64,000 nucleotides of DNA from an uncultured bacterium (GTDB taxonomy: Bacteria; Patescibacteriota; JACMRA01): NCBI GenBank assembly GCA_963784355.1, contig CAWAQU010000007.1, positions 96,001-160,000 on the forward strand. Direction: 5' to 3'. A program made the position numbers and the translations under genes. Below the pieces are notes generated by a model. That model searched no databases and was not told the origin of the DNA. It saw only the letters and a list, made by a program, of their open reading frames with translations. This document shows positions 44,701 through 50,122 of this stretch, piece by piece (the stretch's first letter is position 1; the number at the start of each line of letters is the position of its first letter).

Positions 44701-47555
44701 TTATTAATCACTACTTCTCTCTCATAACCATTCCCAAAATTACTACCATCAATAACTACTTCAGTCCCTCCACTTGTAGCTCCACTACTAGGACTAAGAC
44801 TAGTTATCTTAGTAACAAAAGTAACACTACTTGTATCACTAGCTACTCCACTACCACTTGAATTTGTTGCAACTACTCTAAAACTATAGTTAGGCCCAAA
44901 CTTTAAATTATTTATTGTAGTACTTGTTCCTGTAATTGAATTTGAGTGAGTAAAAATATTATTGTTAAATCCATCATTACTATACTGAACACTATAACTA
45001 CTTGCTCCACTTGTACTATTCCAGCTTAAATTAGCACTAATCTCATCAGCATTTTTAACTGCACTAAGTCCTGTAACTTTATCAGGTACTCCTAAGGGAG
45101 AACTAGATTCATTAGAGGTAGCTAAAGTATAGTAACCATCTTGTAAATCAGCATTTGCTACAGAAAAGCTAATTTGATCACCATTAGCTAGGGTAGGGGT
45201 AGTATTTGCTACAGTAGAAAAACTACCTGTGTTACTAGATCTATAAAGCAATCTATAGTTACTAATGTTTCCGGGTAATCCACCTGTATATTTACTTAAA
45301 TCAAAACTAACTTTAGCATCTACTCCATCAGTAACAGTCTTTTTAATACCCCAGACTTTATTCCATCTTTTAGTTGTTCCTGAAGGTAGGTCAGAAGTTA
45401 CTACTGTTTTACCAGCTCCATCATTACCTGCAAAAACATACTCTCCATCAGCTAAGCTGTTGTTGGATTGAGCTAGCTCTAATTCATCACTAAGATTGTT
45501 ATTTACTCCTCCATCAGACTCTTTACCAATACCGGCAAGGTTATTTGTAGCAGAGGTTAAGTTGTATTTACTGCTGGAAAGAGTTAGACCATACTTAGAA
45601 GCTAAGTAGTTTTCTATGATTGTGCGTTCTGTGGTAGACAAAGCTTTTGGTAGGATTATTATTTCGGAGATGTCGCCTTTTAAATTGTAAGCTGAGTTAG
45701 CAGGGTAATTTCCTATCTTAGTAATATTGAATGCATCGGTAGCCATGCCTGAGTTTGTAGGACCCGCTGTGCCATTTAAATAGCTTATTGCAGTTGTCCC
45801 ATTTTGAACTGAGCCCATTACCGCATAGCTATTATCTAATGTGGATCCAGATTCTGCTACTCCTCCTGCACCGCTGCCGGCATCATTGTGGGCTATTACA
45901 AACTTATTTCTTTTGATATTTGAGTAAGTTCCGACTGTCGCAACTCCAAAATATTTATCTGATGGACCTGTTCCTAAATAAATACTACCTGTTGCAGAGT
46001 CATTATTATTGGCAACAATGAAAGCTGATACCTTATCACTAAAGCTAACATTATTTAGGTCAAAGTTTTTTGTACCATCAAACCTAACAACCGGCTTACT
46101 ATTTAAAGTATTATCAACTAAGCTAGGTTGACTTGTAGCTGTAGCTTGAGTAGCATTATTCCCAATACCACTTTGATCTTGCCAGTTACTAATCTTTCCT
46201 GATCCGTCTTTAACTATACCACTATCAGCTTTAAGCCATAGACTTGTTTTAACTGTATCACAACCTGCAACAGGTAAATTATATTTTTTGGATAGGTAGC
46301 ACTCGGCTTGTTTTCTTTCTGAATCTGATAGAGCTCGATCATAGATCAATACTTCAGAAATATCACCGTTAAAATCACCAGGGCCAATCGTCGTAGCTCC
46401 CGTAGTGGTATTGACTCCTGATGTAGAATTACTAATAGATTGATTTTGACCATTTACAAATAAACTCGCTGTGGCTCCATCTCTCATACCTGACCATAAT
46501 TCCCAGTTAGTAGTAGCTGCACCATCACTCACCCAGGCTATACCAGCGTGGTGAATATTTCTTGTCCCTCCATTAAAATACAAACCAGCTCCATTTGCAT
46601 TCTGTACAATACCTTTAGTTGATCCTGTATCATTAGTCTTAGCAACAGATATCATAGTATAAAAACCATTACCAACTACTACATTTGCAGTAGAAAGATT
46701 ATCATTACTCCCATCAAACCTAACCACTCCCTTCCCATTTAACCCACTACTCACCAACAACGGCTGACTACCCTCGCTACTCTGACTAGCATTATTACTA
46801 TTCCCACCACTAACATCATTCCAACTCTTCACATACTTAGTTCCGCCACTATCTCTAACCTGACTACTATCACTTGCATCAATTTGACTAGCATCTAATC
46901 TTAACTTTAATCCATCTGTAACTGTTAAATCATCAGGATCATTATTATAGTTTAATCCTGCGCTTCCTTTCTCAGCATCATCATCAAGTATAGTATAGGT
47001 AAAACTAGCAGTACTACCTAAAACAACTCCACCGGTAGGACTAGACAGCGTAACTACAACAGTCTCATTACTTTCAACCCCACTATCATTAACTATCTTT
47101 AAAGGAACACTACCAACTGTTTGGCCTGCTGGAATAACTAAACTTCCACTAGCTAAACTATAGTCAGCTCCATTACCTGTAGCCGTACCACCTGTGACAG
47201 TAAAATTAACTGAAGTACTACTAGTAGTAGCCTGAGATAAATTAACAGTAACTGAAGGATTACTAGTAACTTCAAGACCTGCTGATGAACTAGTAAGAAA
47301 CTGTATAGTACTACTACTTGCCTTAGCATTATTTAAATTTAAAAGACTAGGTAATATAGCTGTGATAATTACTATTGTACCTAGACCAATTAAACTACCA
47401 AGGACTATTACTTTCTGTTTTTTTGATAGCTTAAAATTCTTTAGAGCTGGGAAAGAGAAAAAGGAAAGCCTACTGGCTATTACCAGTCTATTAAACTTAA
47501 GTCTTTTATTTAGATTTACCTTAGCACTCTTTAATACTTTACTTAGAAAGTTCAT
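29715..47555 (-). CDS. Giant N-anchored surface adhesin (5946 aa): Calx-beta, 5 LamG-like lectin modules, FN3, 3 IPT/DUF2341 units, Gly-rich repeats, Cys-paired Ig-like domains, about 18 SdrD-B-like domains
   Basis: Uninterrupted ORF; basic N-tail plus TM helix; TILDDD (Calx-beta); WLKA..W.D.SG..N.A.Q...P...RFDG...GDI.E (LamG-like); SDCGDLR..YWI..W.KVP (DUF2341); SP..G...GGT...G.NFG (IPT); F.D.N.NG..D.GE..G.Y.V...FGY (SdrD-B). Confidence 0.9.
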   Translation of the reverse strand: MNFLSKVLKSAKVNLNKRLKFNRLVIASRLSFFSFPALKNFKLSKKQKVIVLGSLIGLGTIVIITAILPSLLNLNNAKASSSTIQFLTSSSAGLEVTSNPSVTVNLSQATTSSTSVNFTVTGGTATGNGADYSLASGSLVIPAGQTVGSVPLKIVNDSGVESNETVVVTLSSPTGGVVLGSTASFTYTILDDDAEKGSAGLNYNNDPDDLTVTDGLKLRLDASQIDASDSSQVRDSGGTKYVKSWNDVSGGNSNNASQSSEGSQPLLVSSGLNGKGVVRFDGSNDNLSTANVVVGNGFYTMISVAKTNDTGSTKGIVQNANGAGLYFNGGTRNIHHAGIAWVSDGAATTNWELWSGMRDGATASLFVNGQNQSISNSTSGVNTTTGATTIGPGDFNGDISEVLIYDRALSDSERKQAECYLSKKYNLPVAGCDTVKTSLWLKADSGIVKDGSGKISNWQDQSGIGNNATQATATSQPSLVDNTLNSKPVVRFDGTKNFDLNNVSFSDKVSAFIVANNNDSATGSIYLGTGPSDKYFGVATVGTYSNIKRNKFVIAHNDAGSGAGGVAESGSTLDNSYAVMGSVQNGTTAISYLNGTAGPTNSGMATDAFNITKIGNYPANSAYNLKGDISEIIILPKALSTTERTIIENYLASKYGLTLSSSKYNLTSATNNLAGIGKESDGGVNNNLSDELELAQSNNSLADGEYVFAGNDGAGKTVVTSDLPSGTTKRWNKVWGIKKTVTDGVDAKVSFDLSKYTGGLPGNISNYRLLYRSSNTGSFSTVANTTPTLANGDQISFSVANADLQDGYYTLATSNESSSPLGVPDKVTGLSAVKNADEISANLSWNSTSGASSYSVQYSNDGFNNNIFTHSNSITGTSTTINNLKFGPNYSFRVVATNSSGSGVASDTSSVTFVTKITSLSPSSGATSGGTEVVIDGSNFGNGYEREVVINNSGAGATNLTDYEVSFTLDTASLISTGKMKSDCGDLRIKDSDKTTSLNYWIDGGCGSGSTVIWAKVPSISAGASKSIYLNYGNSSLVSESNISNFSFGSILGGANLKSWIKANDGVGATADGQSISQWSDKSGNNNNFTQATATRQPKFKSNILNGLPVVEFSAAASQTLTNNTNFQPPYSVLYVSRQTGGANSRVMAGVNNNWLFGYWGGGKDKFHPDGWVANGSTPSDTSWNLYSGGGTGSISSIYGNGTLIASNAGGLSGPNGISLNGTPSFGEYSNAQIAEVLVFNSSLSNTDRQNVEKFLNVKYRLYNTSSIATTTIGSELSLNKVKLDGTIVSGAQLLSQSQFKFTTPQHAPGTVTVKIVNADGTETSSLNFTYAAPSISSLSSSESPTTGGKEIIVNGSNFGIIGIRKTITITNPSTTPLTNYEGSVVVDTASLISSGKMRSDCGDLRIKDADGTTDLSYWIESGCNTGSTLVWFKVPSIGASSSKTVYLTYGDSSLTSQSNLNNFSFGSVLSGTNNKLWLKANDGVGTSTDGQAVSQWSDRSGSNNNAVQATAANQPVYKSGVINGLPVIRFDGSNDTLNIQNPAAISQYLTVFKSNTPNFTSYGGILGNSGGNRMGLFESGNTILHFNPYPRAVRKNSTDLVNPFNLTPIDSPMLMNLKTASPTDIRSMQLAATENTYYLNVDIAEIIGLGSDLSPENSSVVESYLNTKYKLYNTSSMPTVSISNTEGSFGGGVNIDGNLISQTQYISPTQLKVITPAHALGTVQLKVVNPDGTGSNSFSFSYVAPSITSISPNTGPNSGGTFLTITGNNFGSNLYQRTLTLTNPGSALSNYETSFVLDTQSLISAGKMRSDCGDLRIKDADGTTDLNYWIDGGCGSGSTVVWVKVPSIGANSSKKVFVRYNEPSLTSQSNLNNFSFGSVLSGTNNKLWLKANDGAGTSTDGQAVSQWSDRSGSNNNAVQATAANQPVYKSGVINGLPVVRFDGSNDFIASANHPATNDFTVFSVAKTDVTHEIDAESNGTATGTGGQRYLLWPSNMDAGAGISLGTNGISIYEHGASYMPPLAVYNGNVGTVNNLIGLQYTAKQPTIYLNGSSVRTGLTSPKTTVYAPKQLGSDTYGNHSGDIAETLIFNSSLSNPDRQTIESYLNTKYRLYNTSSMPTTSLSSENRGIIVKIGANEVYADLVNSTTATIYTPSGTGTQTVKITNSDGTSSVVFNSFTYGGISKANPITDLVVDKTEGDKVFLKWTTPFDNGSGITDYIIKYSQNNFTTETIYNDGVNTNPNSTVTGLTPGQDYQFKIIAANGAGNSVDSNTVSINKLDCDNDLQGANLTPANGDTLTGRYCNVGVFTVAAGTTVNVAQGVGLKVYASSVNIGVGSTLNGVGRGYTGGGANAGQPGNGTGGGAATANCSGQRGAGGGYGGKGGDSDTGNIGGNSYGSLTEPLDLGSGGSGSGGYCSGAADGGNGGGAIKLQVTGTITVNGSISADGNDGGSSSYGGAGGSGGSIWLTANTLAGSGSITANGGNAGTGGTPGAGAGGRIALYYPTAASKTFSGAVTASGGTGFQTGGAGTIYDKPADKTNGDLIIRNTTASSNIATTPISSAFTVINLTIENANLDLTTTNTPTVTDTFLVKSGSLVTLGTKNTYNFNTLTVNSGSTITHRANVATHDNSVIINSNNITLDTGAKIDVNGRGYTGGGANAGQPGNGTGGGAATANCSGQRGAGGGYGGKGGDSDTGNIGGNSYGSLTEPLDLGSGGSGSGGYCSGAADGGNGGGAIKLVATGTITVNGSISANGNVSGGAYGSGGGSGGSIWLTANTLAGGGSISASGGGNSTGNGGAGAGGRIALYYPTAASKTFSGAVTASGGTGFQTGGAGTIYDKPADKTNGDLIIRNTTASSNIATTPISSAFTVINLTIENANLDLTTTNTPTVTDTFLVKSGSLVTLGTKNTYNFNTLTVNSGSTITHRANVATHDNSVIINSNNITLDTGAKIDVNGRGYTGGGANAGQPGNGTGGGAATANCSGQRGAGGGYGGKGGDSDTGNIGGNSYGSLTEPLDLGSGGSGSGGYCSGAADGGNGGGAIKLVATGTITVNGSISANGNVSGGAYGSGGGSGGSIWLTANTLAGGGSISASGGGNSTGNGGAGAGGRIALYYINRTGTMSQGTSTASITVNGGAGNGDCAEAATAAYPATTSGCTGTIYDPNTPETNLTSALFSPNPNPVSTGATFLGGISNIKNKYGGDVYSGTCTITINGPGNYSTPVAKTGTVSQGTCVTTASFPAPDTVDTQATSFTANLSVTSGGSTEGKVVGFPVYPSASNKAKAQSSPNQTKPIYNSLTSNPNPGFIGSNIVLTFDGLKDSGNDQALNGIPCTFNITGPNSYSQTFASDSNIVGGVCKKTFTPSDLPYVAGTYSASISVAGPSSSLTTDTSNFNRYFDIYLTNGTSFDVNGKIPGSITSSSSPIVSGGANPTLTSPTIKKYDNSTNLAQGLVCKNLVQIDSQTPIEYASTLDASSKCVTTIANNVITAGVLKVKTIVLLNYSSTNYPFETNQTTIPTTGFPSNKAKVATGTTPVSNSPTVNGSTTVTTTFVGTSVNLTVSGLTDSANNQPLNGPTCEFKITKPDSSQFSLTSAAASNGTCTSSPTGSELGYLKGSYSFTVSVAGKNSNGDDTTLTTNTTNFSRRFDLYLTGNNGLTGTIPGTLTFSPNPLVAGQSAIIYSPNIRNFANNGNLTGQTCKNILKIGANPEVAVTSTLDSQGQCATNFTAAQVGSTGSATLKTVVSVFNTDFNASYTYETATTPTEVRYSPTSKICVNNTFRDDNSNGTKESTEPLLAGVATRLLDANQNPISGKTLTTVDGTNGTNTSIDNCFNSLFDDTYFVEQSYPVGGTLTFPLATNNGVIVDNLNRKVKYQIVLGVNTTETKNFAYNGNAQICINRTYLEKDKAGQPGYGSFGGSDLPINSKITRLYLSSDLNTLKQQVSTDQSGQICFSPIAPGNYTVEQDLVTNSQSSTGGTVAGNKVRQSITLAFGVNQDTAFGYRLLASGKAKLATNSTAVLKNTGTVLSTTYGANNTIINKVYAGYKFTARTSGLEDTGNDEPLEGTDGATCSMTFSGPSFNSPITETGVVANGVCTVDPIPNQAGTGNTAVTQTAGDTNPNLQASSTFEVFTGNAKVCPLPFRDYINNSSVFGTFENEPLMIGVVSTLKDNGSVIETITSDGSSTKCFAAVSPNKTYTIEQIIPTGGVSTTGTTTGNIQTQTVSLDPETDKSVYFGYKGTGQICPNPTFRDDNKNKIQDVGEPLIAGYTTTLIDSAKVVRQFNTNNTNCFADLMPGNYTVKQSPDGNTTNTKSLTQGEQTRNISLANGETKNFVNNDGTNAEFGYYSNSKVCPVAINDYNKNGTNNAGEPEIDGVISKLIKVSNNQQVGADLPSGSGNCFTDVIPGNYRIEQTVPTGATITNATGGFTQTTNIAKVNVTVNFAQDQNVIFNYKGNSQICPNQIFEDYDSDGNYDLGENLINDGRVTVSLKDKYGNQVNSFQANGTLCFTDIIAFNNYYKVTASLLENTISTTGLEQSIGTFTSGETKTVKFGYNGNPKICPLVFRDDNSNGNFDSGEVRLGGVKITLKNSNETITIGELTTSSTKQCFNPQVIGEYKLSASNIPTGYSNTTPLNLTITTSFGVEAGPKFGFNGNGNICAAKTFEDVVTPGQFNSGQDILLDNITTYRKSTDGTILETKVTDVVSNSNSTCFNGVAPGQYLITQDAPNGSSSTTGGDQLVVLQPNETKNIEFGYNGNSSICLVNTYNDLNFNESKDENEAQIPGVLTKLYRTSDPNTVIKSFSTSSGGNDCFNNLFPNNYKVVQTIPNGYSSTTGGNNVAVTIASSSYTTLNFGYTNNSSFNKGAIRGNVYIDRNGNGVFDKYGQDTLEITVFDNDVVLTEKEVRLYKKNTTTNAFSDAPIYTITDVNGNYEFINLEPGDYETRVPTPLGTEAVLPTNSILASTVTTNEKIRNKNFGFEYTAKICPLVYVDKNNDGDLDSTDTNLLDYGVKVQLRYNSYLSTQTTEIYTLNTANPCIREIPPRDYTVILIPDSQSPFDQQLYSELSATEQNTTVYLGSTSEVSFRYYPGAAYVPNMSSSSITSYIWNDRDGDGSYEPLGNNGQTGISDGHDYGFDDDFRYSGVQFKLIKCEGGYGETQADVNQWNLNPPTTTTDSDGKYSFTGIVPGAYQVVKITTLPEEGSLTGLPSTVCNSYLGDKGWYFFNNLRNRGDYGSITPGTNVDSRNRDFAVGYTGNVGNQLYIDQNHNNQQDGDESNGRRDQTIITTGVYVFKDAVTGNILGNVSSQTDYTDPATLIFKRLPNKDYKVEFTQVQSPYPPLSGSELTKQFTVDNITKNFSLTYGFIPTNNSSISGKVYLNRGSTDYEANGLDNNPATVFDNEQLYSGKIIQLYMHNILIATQNTNQNGEYNFPGLAEGYYRVQVADVAPSGTTCLMCIAEGTYVYQDTNTTQDFTYDYNAVFTIGAFHDTIANGIWDESELATEKGGPIRFTLTYTGDPLTTADNSVVATNVGPNPCCGQTGIGNLMPGNYSVSINNIPSGITLGGGLSNPDPIGILASENLAKNYPFSPFTNNIIKGKVFINQRDEQGENEYNTGETVLAGTVVSVVGPLGTYTATANSSGDYEITGLPTGNYKLHKFSDGEGESNPIPNAIIPIQYASGVVDQCLTTIKCKKILSEKWVWGTTMIGGVDYSDADIVKAGVNIDNSTVITNNLIYVYTNKLKGQCIDDKNGDGQLSTYPNNPADGPVAGCNFEVKKQNGEVVYSTIGNFDTGPYLEPGTYIIKKLNNLTGKLNTNTTKSRSGEREDPTTVNLGSVSEVTLTITNTSIYQKSTINFFQFTPVLTSNSSITGKVFRDKENNGSFDISGLDEDIYTLEDNDEPIGGVQVNLSGTGPNGITINRQASTAVDGKFQFTDLPQGTYTVTATGLQVEIG
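38217..40514. repeat. 915-bp in-frame tandem repeat, about 2.5 copies
   Basis: Units start at 38217, 39132 and 40047; the first two appear identical and the third is partly diverged; shadow ORFs recur at 915-nt offsets. Confidence 0.95.
41716..43193. repeat. About 245-bp near-identical direct repeat (41716-41960 and 42949-43193)
   Basis: Both copies encode SQSNLNNFSFGSVLSGTNNKLWLKANDG...RFDGSND with only scattered substitutions. Confidence 0.9.
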
Positions 47556-47793
47556 ACTTTGTTTTTATTTCTGTTTTTGTTTCTTTTTTATTTACCTAGT
47601 TTAGGTTTTTATCTTTTACCTACTACCTAGTTAAGCTTTTGAAGATAGATGTTTTTTGTTGTGTAGTTGTGTTTAGTTGTTTTTGTTTGTAATTGTAGTG
47701 TGCTGTTTAGCTTTGAGTTGATGAGCTAGTTGTTTGCTTTGTTTAGTTATTATTTATTGTTATTCAGTTACTAGTTTCTACTGATTTTCCATG

Positions 47794-47822
47794 ATTATAT
47801 TCTACTTTTTTATTTTATGCAA
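47794..47822 (-). promoter_or_regulatory. Sigma70-type promoter of the giant adhesin
   Basis: TTGCAT-N17-TATAAT on the minus strand. Confidence 0.7.
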
Positions 47823-47973
47823 ATGTATGGGGGAAGCTAGCGCATTAGGGAGAGATGATAGGTGCATAAATTAAAACTACCAAATAGCTACATGTGTGGT
47901 ACAGGGCATTATGGACAGCAGAGTATAACCTCCGTAAAAGATAAATGTATACTTGACTACAGGTCTCAAGCTT

Positions 47974-48189
47974 TTAAAACAGTGATTTCCTCATATCTAC
48001 TCTAAATAAACTGTTTTCCATTCGATTTCTTCGTGGCAAAAATCCAAACCCTCTTCTTCGTTGAGTTTTACCCATACCCAAGCCAATTGGTAAAGCGATT
48101 CCTAACATCTTAGAAATAACAAACAACCTTATAGAATATTTAAATATATTTTTGAAAAAATTGAATTTACTTTTTTTATTTTTAGTCAT
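47974..48189 (-). CDS. Small basic hydrophobic protein
   Basis: 71-aa ATG ORF, K/R-rich with one hydrophobic stretch. Confidence 0.45.
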   Translation of the reverse strand: MTKNKKSKFNFFKNIFKYSIRLFVISKMLGIALPIGLGMGKTQRRRGFGFLPRRNRMENSLFRVDMRKSLF

Positions 48190-48488
48190 AACTTTTTTAT
48201 TACTTAGCTAATCCATTACAATATTAAAAGCTTGGTCAAGCTCATGTTTATTCTTGATTATTAAATTTAGTCTATTTCGAGTTAATCTTTAATGAGTAAG
48301 ATACGAATAGTTTTTTAACAACAACTTATTAAACCCAGCCTTAATCAAATACTAATTGATTTTGTACTTTCATGTAATCCCAAATAATTTGCGCATATTT
48401 AAATAGGTGTAGATTCATATTTTTCAAATTAAAACAAAGAATCACTGATTAGAATAGCTTTTAAGTCAGATTCTTTTGTAATGCTAAG

Positions 48489-48755
48489 CTAGTTATCCAA
48501 CTTAAATATAATATTCAGAGCCTGATCAAGCTCGTCTTTACTATAATTACCAATGGAATTTAACACTCCTTTTGAAATTATTTCTTTACAGATTTTACTT
48601 GCGCCTCCCTTAACTGCCAATAATTGGGTAAAAGTTTGTTCTGAAATTTTATCATTCTCTATCTCAGTCGAAATCGCATGTAATTGGCCAACTATTCTTC
48701 TAATAGAAACCACTAAAGCATGTCTATCTTTTTGATCTAAATATATTTTTTTCAT
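48489..48755 (-). CDS. CsoR/RcnR/FrmR-family transcriptional repressor
   Basis: IRRIVGQL..I and TQLLAVKG match the family RxxRIEGQ...Q..A pattern; 88 aa. Confidence 0.8.
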   Translation of the reverse strand: MKKIYLDQKDRHALVVSIRRIVGQLHAISTEIENDKISEQTFTQLLAVKGGASKICKEIISKGVLNSIGNYSKDELDQALNIIFKLDN

Positions 48756-48790
48756 AATTTAAATTGTTGTTTAGTATTTGTTTAAGCTCT

Positions 48791-48903
48791 AGAGTAACCT
48801 ATTAATACTTAATTGTCAATACGTGAAAACCATATAGTATATGGTACTCTAGTGATACCCATACCCCCAGGGGGTTGACAAAAATAAAAATTTTATTTAC
48901 AAA
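48791..48903. promoter_or_regulatory. Divergent promoters with CsoR-type operator(s)
   Basis: Minus strand TTGACA(48819-48814)-N17-TACTCT; plus strand TTGACA at 48875-48880; ACCCCCAGGGGGT at 48863-48875; palindrome ACCATATA-G-TATATGGT at 48829-48845. Confidence 0.7.
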
Positions 48904-48943
48904 TTAGATTACTTTTTGAATATAAAAAAGTTTATATATCTAT

Positions 48944-50014
48944 ATGCCCGAAACAAATTCAACAAACAATGGTAATAAAACAATGAGTATAGTTTTAGCT
49001 ATTCTCGCTATCCTAGCACTTGTAGGTGTAGGCAGCTATCTTCTAAATAGAAAAGATGATAACAATAACAACAATTCTAACTCCAGCATGATGAGCAGCG
49101 ATTCTAATAAGGGTCAAGAAACTGTAAGTGTAGGAGGTGCAGCAATGTATAAAAACAAAAATATAATTGATAACGTTGTAAACGCTCCTAACTTAAGTAC
49201 TTTAGTTACTGCAGTTAAAGCTGCAGACTTAGTTGAGACTTTAAAGGGAGATGGTCCTTTCACAGTATTTGGTCCTGACAATGATGCTTTTGCTAAATTG
49301 CCAGCTGGAACAGTAGACACGCTTTTAAAACCTGAAAACAAAGAAAAATTAAAAAATATCTTAACTTACCATGTAGTTCAAGGTACTTACAAAACTTCTG
49401 ATTTAAAGGAAGGACAAGTATTGAAAACAGTAAATGGTCAATCACTAACTGTTAAAAAAAGTGGAAACAATGTAATGATTAATGGAGCAATGATCAAAAC
49501 TCCTGATGTATTACAAAGCAATGGTGTAGCTCACGTTATAGACAGCGTTATGATTCCTGATGAGATAAGTATGGTAGGTGGTGCAGCAATGTATAAATCT
49601 AAAACTTTAGCTCAAAATGTTGTAAACGCTCCTAACTTAACTACTTTAGTTACTGCAGTTAAAGCTGCTGGTTTAGTAGACACATTAAACGCACCTGGTC
49701 CTTTCACAGTATTTGGTCCTGACAATGATGCTTTTGCTAAATTACCTTCTACAACAATAGAAGATATACTTAAGCCTGAAAATAAAGCTAAATTAGTTGC
49801 AATCTTAACTTACCATGTAGTTCCTGGAACATACAAAGTTGCTGACTTAAAAGATGGCCAAGAACTTACAACAGTTCAAGGACAAAAACTTAAGATCACT
49901 AAAAAAGATGGTAAAACAATGATTAACGATGCAACTATTACTACTCCTGATGTTATGCAAAGCAATGGTATAGCTCACGTTGTAGACACTGTTTTAATGC
50001 CAATCGCAAAATAA
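48944..50014 (+). CDS. Membrane-anchored fasciclin protein with two FAS1 domains
   Basis: GPFTVFGPDNDAF, ILTYHVV and SNG.AHV.D.V each occur twice. Confidence 0.95.
   Translation: MPETNSTNNGNKTMSIVLAILAILALVGVGSYLLNRKDDNNNNNSNSSMMSSDSNKGQETVSVGGAAMYKNKNIIDNVVNAPNLSTLVTAVKAADLVETLKGDGPFTVFGPDNDAFAKLPAGTVDTLLKPENKEKLKNILTYHVVQGTYKTSDLKEGQVLKTVNGQSLTVKKSGNNVMINGAMIKTPDVLQSNGVAHVIDSVMIPDEISMVGGAAMYKSKTLAQNVVNAPNLTTLVTAVKAAGLVDTLNAPGPFTVFGPDNDAFAKLPSTTIEDILKPENKAKLVAILTYHVVPGTYKVADLKDGQELTTVQGQKLKITKKDGKTMINDATITTPDVMQSNGIAHVVDTVLMPIAK
49252..49743 (+). repeat. 48-bp identical direct repeat between the two FAS1 domains (49252-49299 and 49696-49743)
   Basis: tggtcctttcacagtatttggtcctgacaatgatgcttttgctaaatt occurs twice, 444 nt apart. 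Confidence 0.9.
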
Positions 50015-50122
50015 TATAAATACCCAATTTTATAAATTCACATTTTATAACATAAACCTAAATAATAACAAGCCCCTTTCTACTTTTTAGGTAGTTTGGG
50101 GCTTAAACTATACCCAAATTTT

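Noticed and set aside
29715-47555. Diversity-generating retroelement or shufflon as the diversifier
   Set aside because: No reverse transcriptase or recombinase in the window; repeats are direct, not inverted, and their differences are not adenine-specific
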